A stretch of DNA of 32,000 nucleotides from Cupriavidus necator (GCF_016127575.1 NZ_CP066019.1:720001-752000), one strand, 5' to 3'; counted from the first letter of the stretch, positions 8,376 to 18,214 are shown. The notes: generated by a model from the letters alone, not told the origin. A program made the numbers and translations.

Positions 8376-9158
8376 ATGGAACTCAATGCATCGGTATCGG
8401 CAGTGGTGACGGGGGGCGCTTCGGGCCTGGGCGCGGCGACGGCACGTGCGCTGGCAGCGCAGGGCGTGCGCGTGGCGCTGTTCGACCTCAACGTGGAGAA
8501 GGGCGAAGCGCTGGCGCGTGAACTGGGCGGCGTGTTCTGCCAGGTCAACGTCACCTCAGAGGCCGAGGTCGAGGCCGGCTTTGCCAGGGCGCGCGCCGCC
8601 ATCGGCCAGGAACGCATCCTGGTCAACTGCGCCGGCACCGGCAACGCCATCAAGACCGCCTCGCGTTCCAAGGAAGCGCCGGACCAGATCAAGCATTTCC
8701 CGACCGATGCCTTCGAGCGCATCATCCAGATCAACCTGATCGGCACCTTCCGCTGCATCGCGCGCTCGGCCGCGGGCATGCTGACGCTGGACAGCGCCGG
8801 CGGCGAGCGCGGCGTGATCATCAATACCGCGTCGGTGGCGGCGCAGGACGGCCAGATGGGCCAGGCCGCGTACTCGGCATCGAAGGCCGGCGTGGTCGGC
8901 ATGACGCTGCCGATCGCGCGCGACCTGGCGGGCGAAGGCATCCGCGTCAACACCATCCTGCCGGGCATCTTCAATACCCCGCTGCTGCAGGGCGCGGCAG
9001 AGAACGTCAAGGCCGCGCTGGCGGCTTCGGTGCCGTTCCCCAAGCGCCTGGGGCAGCCGGAAGAGTTCGCCTCGCTGGCCGTCGAGATGTGCCGCAACGG
9101 CTATTTCAACGGCGAGTCGGTGCGCCTCGACGGCGCCATCCGCATGGCGCCGCGCTGA
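8376..9158 (+). CDS. SDR-family 3-hydroxyacyl-CoA dehydrogenase, type II (HSD10-like, 3-hydroxy-2-methylbutyryl-CoA dehydrogenase type)
   Basis: 260 aa. It has the cofactor motif VVTGGASGLGAATARAL, the catalytic YSASKAGVVGMT (YxxxK) and ..GIRVNTILPGIFNTPLL.., typical of type II HADH SDRs. SD AAGGGAAAG lies upstream. Confidence 0.85.
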   Translation: MELNASVSAVVTGGASGLGAATARALAAQGVRVALFDLNVEKGEALARELGGVFCQVNVTSEAEVEAGFARARAAIGQERILVNCAGTGNAIKTASRSKEAPDQIKHFPTDAFERIIQINLIGTFRCIARSAAGMLTLDSAGGERGVIINTASVAAQDGQMGQAAYSASKAGVVGMTLPIARDLAGEGIRVNTILPGIFNTPLLQGAAENVKAALAASVPFPKRLGQPEEFASLAVEMCRNGYFNGESVRLDGAIRMAPR

Positions 9159-9234
9159 GCGTAGCGCCAGCACATCGTCGTGTCCGGGCCCCGCGCACCG
9201 CTGGTCCGGACACTATCAAAATCAGGAGACGCGG

Positions 9235-10818
9235 ATGGACTTCAGCTATCTGACGACACTGCCCCACGCGGTACGCCACTTCGCGCGCCTGCGGCCCGAG
9301 GCGGTGGCGTATGCGTTCGAAGGCCGGCAGACCACCTATGCCGGGTTCGAGCGGAACACCAATCGCGTGGCCCAAGCCCTGCTGGCTGAAGGCGCCGGGG
9401 TCGGCGAGCGCATTGGCTATATCGGCAAGAACAGCGACCACTATTTCGAGCTGCTGCTTGGCGCGTCCAAGATCGGCGCGGTGATGACGCCGGCCAGCTG
9501 GCGCCTGGCGCCGCCCGAGGTGGAATTCATCCTCGGCCATTGCGATGCCGTGGTGCTCTTCGTCGGGGCGGAATCGGCGGCAATGGTCCGGAACCTGCTG
9601 CCCGCGCTGCCGATGGTGCGCAAGGTGGTGGTGATGGAGCCGTGCGCCGGGCAAGGCGAGTGGCAGTGCTACACCGACTGGCGCGACGCGCAGCCGGACA
9701 CGCCGCCCGCGCACCAGCCAGCCGCGCATGACGTGCTGCTGCAGCTGTACACATCCGGCACCACCGGCCGGCCCAAGGGCGCGATGCTCACGCACCGCAA
9801 CCTGACCATCGGCACCGAAGTGAGCGAGCGCGAGAACCTGCTCTGGTCGCACTGGGTCGCCGACGATGTTTCGCTGGTGGCGATGCCGGTGGCGCATATC
9901 GGCGGCTCCGGCTGGGGCCTGCGCAACCTGCTGTCCGGTGCCAAGGGCGTGGTCGCGCGCGAGTTCGATCCGCGCGCGGTGCTCGACTTTATCGAGAAGG
10001 AACGCATCAGCAAGCTGTTCCTGGTGCCGGCCGCGATGCAGATCGTGCTGCGCGACCCGCGCGCGCGCCAGGTGGACTACTCGCGCCTGAAGTACCTGCT
10101 GTACGGCGCCGCGCCGATTCCCGCGGCGCTGCTGCGCGAGGGCATCGAGGTGTTCGGCTGCGGCTTCGTGCAGCAGTACGGCATGACCGAGACCACCGGC
10201 ACCATCGTGGCGCTGCCGCCCGAGGACCACACCACCGAGGAAGTGCCGCGCATGCGTGCCGCGGGCAAGCCGCTGCCTGGCGTGGAGATCAAGGTGGTCG
10301 ACTATGAAGGCCGCCAGCTCGCGCCCGGCGAGGTCGGCGAGCTCGTGGTGCGCTCGCAGCACAACATGGCTGGCTACTGGAAGCAGCCCGAAGAGACCGC
10401 GCGCACCATCGACGCCGAAGGCTGGCTGCGCACCGGCGACGCGGGCTACTTGGATGCCGAGGGCTACCTGTACATCCATGACCGCGTCAAGGACATGATC
10501 ATCAGCGGCGGCGAGAACGTCTATCCGGCCGAGGTCGAAAGCGCGATCTACGGCCACCCGCAGGTGGCCGACGTGGCGGTGGTTGGTGTGCCGGACGAGA
10601 AGTGGGGCGAGGCGGTCAAGGCCATCGTCGTGCTCAAGCCGGGACAGGTGCCGGACCAGGCCGGCATCATCGCGTGGACGCGCCAGCGGCTGGCGGGCTT
10701 CAAGGTGCCCAAGAGCATCGAGTTTGTCGAGGCGTTGCCGCGCAACCCATCGGGCAAGCTGCTGCGGCGCAAGCTGCGCGAGCCGTTCTGGGAAGGGATG
10801 AACCGGCGGGTGAACTGA
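9235..10818 (+). CDS. Acyl-CoA synthetase / AMP-dependent ligase (fatty-acid-CoA ligase family)
   Basis: 527 aa. It has the AMP-binding signature LYTSGTTGRPKGAMLTHRNL, a GYWKQPEET..., TGD...DAEGYLYIHDRVKDMIISGGENVYPAEVE block, and a C-terminal KVPKSIEFVEALPRNPSGKLLRRKLR. SD AGGAGA lies upstream. Confidence 0.93.
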   Translation: MDFSYLTTLPHAVRHFARLRPEAVAYAFEGRQTTYAGFERNTNRVAQALLAEGAGVGERIGYIGKNSDHYFELLLGASKIGAVMTPASWRLAPPEVEFILGHCDAVVLFVGAESAAMVRNLLPALPMVRKVVVMEPCAGQGEWQCYTDWRDAQPDTPPAHQPAAHDVLLQLYTSGTTGRPKGAMLTHRNLTIGTEVSERENLLWSHWVADDVSLVAMPVAHIGGSGWGLRNLLSGAKGVVAREFDPRAVLDFIEKERISKLFLVPAAMQIVLRDPRARQVDYSRLKYLLYGAAPIPAALLREGIEVFGCGFVQQYGMTETTGTIVALPPEDHTTEEVPRMRAAGKPLPGVEIKVVDYEGRQLAPGEVGELVVRSQHNMAGYWKQPEETARTIDAEGWLRTGDAGYLDAEGYLYIHDRVKDMIISGGENVYPAEVESAIYGHPQVADVAVVGVPDEKWGEAVKAIVVLKPGQVPDQAGIIAWTRQRLAGFKVPKSIEFVEALPRNPSGKLLRRKLREPFWEGMNRRVN

Positions 10819-10839
10819 CGCCGGCAAGCAGCAAGCACG

Positions 10840-10865
10840 AGCCCGCCGTCACTGGCGGGCTTTTG
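10840..10865 (+). terminator. Rho-independent terminator after the acyl-CoA synthetase gene
   Basis: AGCCCGCC-GTCACT-GGCGGGCT followed by TTTGC: an 8-bp GC-rich stem, a 6-nt loop and a short T tract, 22 nt after the stop. Confidence 0.7.
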
Positions 10866-10894
10866 CATTGGCGCGCAGGGAGCGGGGCGCCCGC

Positions 10895-10947
10895 TATAAT
10901 CCGCGCAGGCACTGTGCCGCCTCACCACGTCCACTCGCAATATTGCG
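10895..10947 (+). promoter_or_regulatory. Candidate promoter and operators of the TetR gene
   Basis: Consensus -10 TATAAT (10895-10900) with no convincing -35. It is followed by two perfect palindromes, GGCAC-T-GTGCC (10908-10918) and CGCAATATTGCG (10936-10947), located 19-58 nt upstream of the TetR ATG. Confidence 0.45.
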
Positions 10948-10965
10948 CGACCACATCCCCCAGCC

Positions 10966-12204
10966 ATGTCCAAGGACCCCGCGCAAGCCCGCCTGACCCG
11001 CCGCTATGTCGAAAAGCGCGAGGCCATCCTGGACGCCGCCGCGCGGCGCTTCAACCACCAGGGCGTACGGGGCACCACCTTGTCGGATGTGGCGGAGGAC
11101 GTGGGCCTGAGCACCAACAGCATCACGTACTACTACCGCAAGAAGGAAGACCTGGTGGTGGCGTGCCTGCTGCGCGCCATCGGCGAGATGGTGGACATCG
11201 CTAGTGCGGCCCAGCAGCAGCCGGCGCCGCGCGAACGGGTAAAGGCCTTCATCGCGCTGTTCTTCGAGCGCCTGGCGCGCACCGCCACCGGCGAGCGGCC
11301 TGAACTGATGAGTTTTCGCGAGATCCGGGCGCTGCCGGACAGCCATGCCGATATCGCATTCGACGCCTACACCGACATGTTCCGCCGCATCCGCCAGCTG
11401 CTGCGCGAGCGCCCGCCGGCCGATCCGGCGCAGCGCAGTGCGCTGAGCGCGCGCGCTCACCTGCTGCTGTCGCTGGCGACCGGCGCGATGTCGTGGGTGG
11501 AGCGCTATGAGCCCGAGGACTATCCGAAGGTGGCGCAGACCGTGGTCGACGTGCTGCTGCACGGCATTGCCGCGCCGTCGGCCCGCTGGCATGCGCAGAT
11601 GGACGTATCCGCGCTGCTGCCTGCGCCGGACAGGCCCGAGACCACGCAGGAGGCGTTCCTGCGCGCCGCGACCGAGCTGCTCAACGAGCAGGGCTATCGC
11701 GGCGCGTCGGCCGACCGCATCTCGGCGCGGCTGAACCTGACCAAGGGCGCGTTCTATCACCACAACGAGAACAAGGACGACCTGATCTCGGCCTGCGTCG
11801 ACCGCATGTTTGCAGTGATCCGCAATACCCAGACGCTGGTGGAGAACGGCCCGGGCACTGGCTGGGACAAGCTGTGCGCGGTGTCGCGGGCGCTGGTGCA
11901 ATACCAGTTCTCCAGCCAGGGGCCGCTGCTGCGCCTGACCATCTATGGCGCGCTGCCCGAGGACATGCGCAAGGAGAAGATGCTGACCATGAGCCGGCTG
12001 TCGGCGCGGATCGTGCGCTTCCTGGTGCTGGGCATGCAGGATGGCTCGATCCGGGCACTGGACCAGTCCATTGCCGCGCTGCAGGTCAACGGCATGATCA
12101 ATGCCGCGGTGGAGTTGTCCCGCTGGGTGCGCGATGCCCATGCGGACAACGCCGCTGACCTGTTCGTGCGGCCGTTGCTGATGGGGATCCTCTCGGAGCC
12201 CTGA
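10966..12204 (+). CDS. TetR/AcrR-family regulator with two complete TetR modules in one chain (internally duplicated)
   Basis: 412 aa, about twice the normal TetR size. Two HTH signatures are visible: REAILDAAARRFNHQGVRGTTLSDVAEDVGLSTNSITYYYRKKEDLV (residues about 18-65) and QEAFLRAATELLNEQGYRGASADRISARLNLTKGAFYHHNENKDDLI (residues about 225-270). Each is followed by about 140 aa of helical ligand-domain-like sequence. Confidence 0.9.
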   Translation: MSKDPAQARLTRRYVEKREAILDAAARRFNHQGVRGTTLSDVAEDVGLSTNSITYYYRKKEDLVVACLLRAIGEMVDIASAAQQQPAPRERVKAFIALFFERLARTATGERPELMSFREIRALPDSHADIAFDAYTDMFRRIRQLLRERPPADPAQRSALSARAHLLLSLATGAMSWVERYEPEDYPKVAQTVVDVLLHGIAAPSARWHAQMDVSALLPAPDRPETTQEAFLRAATELLNEQGYRGASADRISARLNLTKGAFYHHNENKDDLISACVDRMFAVIRNTQTLVENGPGTGWDKLCAVSRALVQYQFSSQGPLLRLTIYGALPEDMRKEKMLTMSRLSARIVRFLVLGMQDGSIRALDQSIAALQVNGMINAAVELSRWVRDAHADNAADLFVRPLLMGILSEP

Positions 12205-12218
12205 GCGCTAGCACACGC

Positions 12219-13289
12219 TCAAGTGTAGAGGTGGCAGGCCACCATCTGGCCATCCGGCTGCGCCTGCAGCGCCGGGTCTTCGCTGCGGCAACGCGCCATC
12301 GCCACCGGGCAGCGGGTATGGAAGCGGCATCCCGACGGCGGATTCATCGGGCTCGGCACCTCGCCCTGCAGCACGATGCGCTTGCGGCTGCGCTCGCCTT
12401 CCACGCTGGCCACCGGCACCGCCGACAGCAGCGCCTGGGTGTAGGGATGGCGGGGGCGGGCGTAGAGCGCCTCGCGGCTCGCGATCTCGACGATGCGGCC
12501 CAGGTACATCACCGCGATGCGGTCGCTGATATGCCGCACCACGGCCAGGTCGTGCGCGATGAACAGGTAGGACAGGCCAAGCCGCCGCTGCAGCGACATC
12601 AGCACGTTGACCACCTGCGCCTGGATCGACACGTCGAGCGCCGACACCGGCTCATCGCAGACGATGACGCTGGGCCCGAGCGCCAGCGCGCGGGCGATGC
12701 CGATGCGCTGGCGCTGCCCGCCGGAGAACTCGTGCGGGTAGCGGTCCGCCATATAGGGCAGCAGCCCGACCATGTCCAGCAACTCCGCCACGCGCGCGCG
12801 GCGGGCGCTGCGACCGCCGGGGAAATCATGCACCTCCAGCGGTTCGCTGATGATGTCGCTGACCCTCATGCGCGGGTTCAGGGAGCCGAAGGGATCCTGG
12901 TAGACCATCTGCACGCTGCGCCGGAATTGCTGCTCCTGCGCCCGCGTGAAGCTGGCCAGGTCGGCGCCGCGGAAGGCGATGCGTCCGGCGCTGGCGGCCA
13001 GCATCTTGAGGATGGCAAGCCCGGTGGTGGACTTGCCGCAGCCGCTTTCGCCGACCAGGCCCAGGGTCTCGCCACGGCGCAGCGTGAATGACACGCCGTC
13101 GACCGCCCTGACCGAGCCCACCCGGCGCTTGAGCAGCACGCCGCGCGTGACCGGGAAATGCACCTTGAGGTCGTCGATGCGCAGGATCTCATCGCCACTC
13201 TGCACGTCGGCCCGCACGTCATGCTGCATGCCCGCCTGCACACCGCCGTTGCCCGTTGCCGGCTCCGCTATCGCTTCAATGGAGTTCAT
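12219..13289 (-). CDS. ABC transporter ATP-binding protein, peptide/nickel (OppF/DppF-like) family
   Basis: It has Walker [13 protein letters not shown], the signature [15 protein letters not shown], Walker [13 protein letters not shown], and a C-terminal Cys-containing oligopeptide-type extension (..[11 protein letters not shown]..). The start may be 13289 (14-nt overlap with the upstream gene) or the internal ATG at about 13229. Confidence 0.9.
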   Translation of the reverse strand: MNSIEAIAEPATGNGGVQAGMQHDVRADVQSGDEILRIDDLKVHFPVTRGVLLKRRVGSVRAVDGVSFTLRRGETLGLVGESGCGKSTTGLAILKMLAASAGRIAFRGADLASFTRAQEQQFRRSVQMVYQDPFGSLNPRMRVSDIISEPLEVHDFPGGRSARRARVAELLDMVGLLPYMADRYPHEFSGGQRQRIGIARALALGPSVIVCDEPVSALDVSIQAQVVNVLMSLQRRLGLSYLFIAHDLAVVRHISDRIAVMYLGRIVEIASREALYARPRHPYTQALLSAVPVASVEGERSRKRIVLQGEVPSPMNPPSGCRFHTRCPVAMARCRSEDPALQAQPDGQMVACHLYT

Positions 13290-14277
13290 GGAGGAAGCAC
13301 GCCTTGAAATGTTGGTCGGAAAGCTGCCGCGTGGCCGCGTCCGGCACGCCGAGCAACGGCGGCCGGGCGCTGCGGCACTGGTCGATCGCCTGCTTGCAGC
13401 GCGGCAGGAAGGCGCAGCCCGGGCCCAGCGCAGTCAGGTCGGGCGGCTGGCCTTCGATGGGAACCAGCGGCTCCCGGGTGTCGCCGTCAATGCGCGGCAC
13501 GGAGGCCATCAGCCCGCGTGTGTAGGGGTGGGCGGGCTGCCGGTACAGGGCCTCGGCGGAGGCGGTTTCCACCAGCCTGCCGCCGTACATCACGGCAACC
13601 CGGTCGGCATAGCGCGCCACCACGCCCAGGTCATGCGTGATCAGGATCAGTGCCGTGCCCATGCGCTCGGCCAGGTCCTTCAGCAGGTCCAGGATCTGGG
13701 CCTGCACGGTGACGTCGAGCGCGGTGGTGGGCTCGTCGGCGATGATCAGCCGCGGCTCGCAGGCCAGCGCCATGGCAATCATCGCGCGCTGCCGCATGCC
13801 GCCCGAAAACTGGTGCGGATAGGCTGAAAGCCGGCCCTGGGGCTCGGGGATCTGGACCTTGCCGAGCAGCTCGCCGGCCATCCCCAGCGCGGTCTTCCAG
13901 GGCAGGCCGCGATGCAGGTGGATGGGCTCGGCAATCTGCTTGCCGATGGTGAGCGCCGGGTTCATCGACGACATCGGCTCCTGGAAGATCATCGCGATCC
14001 GGTTGCCGCGGATGGCACGCATGCCGCGGGGGCCGAGCCTGAGCAAGTCCTGGCCCTCGAACACGATCTCGCCGGAGTCGATCGAACCGCCCGGGGCGGG
14101 GATCAGGCCCAGTATCGACAGCGCCGTCACACTCTTGCCCGAGCCGGATTCACCGACGATGGCCAGGGTCTCGCCCGGGGCCACGTCGAACGAGACCTGG
14201 TCGACCGCGGTCACCACGCCGCGATCGGTGCGAAAGCGCGTGGTGAGGTCCCTGACCTGCAGGATAGGCTGCGTCAT
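13276..14277 (-). CDS. ABC transporter ATP-binding protein, peptide/nickel (OppD/DppD-like) family
   Basis: It has Walker [13 protein letters not shown], the signature [15 protein letters not shown], Walker [13 protein letters not shown], and a C-terminal ..GCAFLPRC.. extension. Confidence 0.92.
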   Translation of the reverse strand: MTQPILQVRDLTTRFRTDRGVVTAVDQVSFDVAPGETLAIVGESGSGKSVTALSILGLIPAPGGSIDSGEIVFEGQDLLRLGPRGMRAIRGNRIAMIFQEPMSSMNPALTIGKQIAEPIHLHRGLPWKTALGMAGELLGKVQIPEPQGRLSAYPHQFSGGMRQRAMIAMALACEPRLIIADEPTTALDVTVQAQILDLLKDLAERMGTALILITHDLGVVARYADRVAVMYGGRLVETASAEALYRQPAHPYTRGLMASVPRIDGDTREPLVPIEGQPPDLTALGPGCAFLPRCKQAIDQCRSARPPLLGVPDAATRQLSDQHFKACFLHELH

Positions 14278-14301
14278 GCGTGTCTCCTCGGGTGGCGCGG
14301 C

Positions 14302-15990
14302 TCAGAAGCCAAGCTTCTTCTTCATGTCCTGGTCGATCCACATGCGTGCATAGATCGGCCCGGGCCGCACCGCGCCCGCGCGCAGCTCGCCGCCGTAGTT
14401 GCGCACCCATGGCCACCAGGCGGTGTACATGTAGGGCGTGGGCAGCCAGATATAAGGCGCCTCGGCCAGGATGTCGCGCGTCAGCCCGCGCAGCGCTTCC
14501 TGCCGCTTGCCGAGATCGCGCAGCTCAAAGGCGGCTTCGACCCGCTTCGTGTAAGCGTCGTTGCCCCACTGCGCGGCGTTCCATACCTGTCCCGGCACGA
14601 AGCTCTTGCGGATCGTGGTGGTGGGATTGGTATGGCCGTTGGCCATCATGTAGCCGGGCGCATTGGTCCGCGTCGTCATCGCGGACAGGAATGCGCCGTA
14701 CTCCATCGGCTGGATCTCGATGCGCACATTGACCTGTTCCAGGTACGCGGCAATCAGCGGCAGCAGCTCCATATGGTCCGGCGCGCAGGCGCATACCTGC
14801 ACCTTGAACTTGAAGCCCTTGGGGTAGCCGGCCTCGGCCAGCAGCTTGCGGGCCTTGTCGGGGTTGTAGGTGAAGAGCTCCTTCACGTTCTCAGGCATGG
14901 CGCTGAGCGGCTCGAAGTAGCCCTCGTAGTCCGGGTGCTGCGGATAGGCAAACAGCTCCGCGTTGCCGCCGTAGTACTGCTTGACGATCTCCTGCTTGTT
15001 GACCGCCATGTTGAGCGCGCGGCGCACGCGGATATCGTTGAAGGGCTTGGTGTCCACGCGCATGGCCAGGTATTGCCCGGTGAAGGACAGCCAGCGCGAC
15101 CACTGCAGCTGCGGCGCGCTCTTCTTCAGCTCTTCCACCGAGGTCCAGCGTATGCCTTCCATGACGTCGAGCTTGCCCGTGCGCAGCATGGTGTTGCGCG
15201 TGGCTTCATCCTTGATGGTGCGCAGTACCATCTTGTCGACGAAGGGCAGCTTGAAATCCTTGCTGCCCACCTTCTCGGTATCCCAGTACAAGGCGTTGCG
15301 CGTATAGGTGCTGGCGTTGCCCTGCACGAACTGGGTCAGCTGGAACGGGCCGCTGCCATTGACGTGCTTCCAGTTGCCGGCGCCGGCGGTGGCCACCTCC
15401 TTCGGCATGATGCCGGAGTAGTAGCCCCAGCCGAAGCGGTAGTCCCACTCGGCGTTGTACTTGCTGAAGCGGAACAGCACCGTATGCTTGTCCTTCGCTT
15501 CCACCTTGGCCAGGTGGTCGAAATAGGTGGGGATCTTCTTCGCGCTTTCGGCCTGGCGCGTGTAGCTGAAGACCACGTCGTCCGCCACCAGTTCGCGCTC
15601 TTCCATCACGCCGGGCTTGGCCGGGAACCTGACGCCCTTGCGCAGCCTGACTTCCAGCGTCTGCGGATCGAGCCACTTCCAGCTTTCGGCCAGTTCGCCG
15701 CGGATGGCGTCCTCGGGCAGCCACGCGTCGGCCTGGAAGCTGTACTTGCCGCCGAGGCGCCTGGACTTGGACAGGTCGGCCACGAACAGCTGCTCGTAGA
15801 CCTGGCCGGTGTCGTAGTTCTGCTTCCAGTTCCAGTCGGCGAGGTCCCATGACAGTGCCGAGATGGTCGGGTAGACCGAGCCGATCTCCAGCGTGCCGCC
15901 GTATTTGGGCGCGTCGCTCTGCGCGTTGGCCGTGGCCGCGCACAATGCGAGCACCACGCCCGCCAACATCGAGGATGCCTGTGTGTTCAA
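14302..15990 (-). CDS. ABC transporter substrate-binding protein, family 5 (peptide/nickel/opine type)
   Basis: About 560 aa with a signal peptide (..SSMLAGVVLALCAATANAQS) and family-5 SBP size and composition (..KYGGTLEIG.., ..AGYPKGFKFKV..). I prefer the TTG at 15990 because GGAGGG lies 7 nt upstream. Alternatives are ATG 16032 (track) or ATG 15969. Confidence 0.85.
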   Translation of the reverse strand: MNTQASSMLAGVVLALCAATANAQSDAPKYGGTLEIGSVYPTISALSWDLADWNWKQNYDTGQVYEQLFVADLSKSRRLGGKYSFQADAWLPEDAIRGELAESWKWLDPQTLEVRLRKGVRFPAKPGVMEERELVADDVVFSYTRQAESAKKIPTYFDHLAKVEAKDKHTVLFRFSKYNAEWDYRFGWGYYSGIMPKEVATAGAGNWKHVNGSGPFQLTQFVQGNASTYTRNALYWDTEKVGSKDFKLPFVDKMVLRTIKDEATRNTMLRTGKLDVMEGIRWTSVEELKKSAPQLQWSRWLSFTGQYLAMRVDTKPFNDIRVRRALNMAVNKQEIVKQYYGGNAELFAYPQHPDYEGYFEPLSAMPENVKELFTYNPDKARKLLAEAGYPKGFKFKVQVCACAPDHMELLPLIAAYLEQVNVRIEIQPMEYGAFLSAMTTRTNAPGYMMANGHTNPTTTIRKSFVPGQVWNAAQWGNDAYTKRVEAAFELRDLGKRQEALRGLTRDILAEAPYIWLPTPYMYTAWWPWVRNYGGELRAGAVRPGPIYARMWIDQDMKKKLGF

Positions 15991-16095
15991 ACCGAAGCCC
16001 TCCGTGGTCGACTGCCGTTGGCCCGGCGGCATCGCCGCCGGGAGATTCCGTGCCCCACCGCGCTAGCGGCAGGGGACTGCAATTCGGGACAGGTG

Positions 16096-17013
16096 CTAGC
16101 GTGTGCCGCGCATGCGCGGGTCCAGCAGGTCGCGCAGGGCGTCGCCGTAGATGTTGATCGCGTAGACCACGATGGTGAGGCAGATGCCCGGCGCCAGCGC
16201 CAGCCAGGGGCCCTGGAACATGAAGGTGCGCCCATCGCCGGACAGCATGCCGCCCCAGGTCGGCGCGGGCGGCGGCACGCCCAGGCCCAGGAAGGACAGG
16301 CCCGATTCCGCCAGGATTGCCGTGCCGACCCGGGTGGTGAACAGCACGATCACCGGGGGCAGCACATTGGGCAGGATATGGCGCCACAGGATGCGCGTGG
16401 TGGACGCGCCCATCGACTGCGCGGCGTGGACATACATGTTCTCGCGCACCGAGACCACCGCGCTGCGCACGATGCGCGAGCCGCCGATGCCAAGCAGCAG
16501 CCCCAGCGTGCAGACGATCTGCCAGCTGCCCGGGCCCAGCACCGAGACCACCACGATCAGGATCACGAGGTCCGGGAAGCTCATCCAGGCATCGACCATG
16601 CGCTGCACGATCAGGTCCAGCTTGCCGCCGAGGTAGCCGGTCAGGATGCCGAGCAGCACCGAGATCGCCGTGGCCAGCGTGGCCGCGCTCAGGCCGATCA
16701 CCACCGACAGCTGCGCGCCGTACAGGCAGCGCGACAGCATGTCGCGGCCAAGGTTGTCGGTGCCGAACGGATGCGCCCAGGAGGGCGCCTGCAGCCGCTG
16801 CAGCATGCTGATCTCGTTCATGCCGTACGGCGCCAGCAGGTCGGCGAACACGCCGCAGAACAGGAAGATGGCGCAGATGACGGCGCCGGCGGCGCCCAGC
16901 GGCTTGTCGCGGAACAGCCGCCTGAGCAGCCCGCGGCCGGGCACGGCGCGCCGGACCGGTGCGGCAGCGGCCGCGGGGGCGGCGGGATTGGGGTGCAGGG
17001 CGGGCTTGGCCAT
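16096..17013 (-). CDS. ABC transporter permease (OppC/DppC-like)
   Basis: 305 aa and multi-TM. It has the BPD-transport EAA-loop region (..AAQSMGASTTRILWRHILPNVLPPVIV..). Its start overlaps the stop of the upstream permease by 1 nt (17013). Confidence 0.9.
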   Translation of the reverse strand: MAKPALHPNPAAPAAAAAPVRRAVPGRGLLRRLFRDKPLGAAGAVICAIFLFCGVFADLLAPYGMNEISMLQRLQAPSWAHPFGTDNLGRDMLSRCLYGAQLSVVIGLSAATLATAISVLLGILTGYLGGKLDLIVQRMVDAWMSFPDLVILIVVVSVLGPGSWQIVCTLGLLLGIGGSRIVRSAVVSVRENMYVHAAQSMGASTTRILWRHILPNVLPPVIVLFTTRVGTAILAESGLSFLGLGVPPPAPTWGGMLSGDGRTFMFQGPWLALAPGICLTIVVYAINIYGDALRDLLDPRMRGTR

Positions 17014-17969
17014 CAGCGGTGCCTCACTTTCGGATCGAACAGCCCGTAGCTCAGGTCAACGAGCAGGTTGATCAGCATCACCGCGACACCCACCACCAGG
17101 AATACGCCGGTGATGACCGGATAGTCGCGCTGGTGCACGGCGTCGAGCAGCAGCAGGCCCATGCCGGGCAGCGCGAAGATCTGCTCGATGATGACCGCGC
17201 CGCCGATCAGCAGCGGCGCCTGCAGCCCGATCAGCGTCACCACCGGGATCAGCGCATTGCGCAAGGCGTGGCGCAGCACCACCAGGCGCTCGCTCAGGCC
17301 CTTGGCCCAGGCCGTGCGGATATAGTCCTGGCGCAGCACCTCCAGCATCATGGTGCGCGTCATGCGCATGGTGATGGCGGACAGCGCCATGCCCAGCACG
17401 ATGGCGGGGATCAGCATGTTGCGCACATGCTGCACCGGGTCTTCATGGAAGGGCACGTAGCGGGCCTCGGGCGACCAGCCCCACCAGACCGACGGGAACA
17501 CCATCACCATGGTGCCTAGCCAGAAGCTGGGGATGGCCAGCATCAGGATGGAGAACGAGCGCGCGATATAGTCGGCGGCGCTGTCCTGGCGGATGGCCGA
17601 CAGCACGCCGATCGGCAGCGCCACCGACAGCGCCACCACCAGCGCGATCACGCCCAGCGAGAAGGTGGCGGGAATGCGCGCGGTCACCATCGACAGCACC
17701 GGCTCGCCCTGCCACAGCGACTGGCCCAGGTCGCCGCGCAGCACGATGCCGCCGACCCAGTGCACATACTGCTGCCACATCGGGCGGTCCATGCCGAGGG
17801 CGCGGACCAGGTCTTCACGGGTACGGGTATCGGCGCTGATGTCGTTCTGGCTCAGCATCAGGTCGACCACATCGCCCGGCACCATGCGCACGATGGTGAA
17901 GACGATCAGGCTGGCAAACAAGAGCGTGGGAATCAGCGCCAGCAGCCGGCGCAGCACGTAGGCGCTCAT
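17013..17969 (-). CDS. ABC transporter permease (OppB/DppB-like)
   Basis: 318 aa. The N-terminus MSAYVLRRLLALIPTLLFASLIVFTIVRMVPGD is the canonical OppB/DppB opening. The EAA region is ..YIRTAWAKGLSERLVVLRHALRNALIPVVT.. Confidence 0.92.
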   Translation of the reverse strand: MSAYVLRRLLALIPTLLFASLIVFTIVRMVPGDVVDLMLSQNDISADTRTREDLVRALGMDRPMWQQYVHWVGGIVLRGDLGQSLWQGEPVLSMVTARIPATFSLGVIALVVALSVALPIGVLSAIRQDSAADYIARSFSILMLAIPSFWLGTMVMVFPSVWWGWSPEARYVPFHEDPVQHVRNMLIPAIVLGMALSAITMRMTRTMMLEVLRQDYIRTAWAKGLSERLVVLRHALRNALIPVVTLIGLQAPLLIGGAVIIEQIFALPGMGLLLLDAVHQRDYPVITGVFLVVGVAVMLINLLVDLSYGLFDPKVRHR

Positions 17970-18214
17970 CGCAGCCCTGCCTTGGCGCGGCTAGCCGAAA
18001 CGGAAGATACCGGCAACACGAATCTGCATGATGCTTGGTACATGTCGTCTCCTGTCTTCCGATCCCCTTGCATCCGCCAGCACCGGATCATGCTGCTGAG
18101 GGGGAGTGATTTTTTGATATTGCGCCAGTGGCGAAATACCGTTGCGGGTGGTCTTGCGAGGCCGTGATCCCAGCATACTGATCGTTCGAAACGAAAACAA
18201 CCCGATTGCCGCGC

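Noticed and set aside
9180-9213. GTGTCCGG-(18 nt)-CCGGACAC inverted repeat between the SDR and acyl-CoA synthetase genes, considered as a terminator.
   Set aside because: The loop is large and there is no U tract. The two genes are only 76 nt apart with a strong SD following, so they are most likely co-transcribed. It may be a minor structure or a regulator site, but the evidence is too thin.
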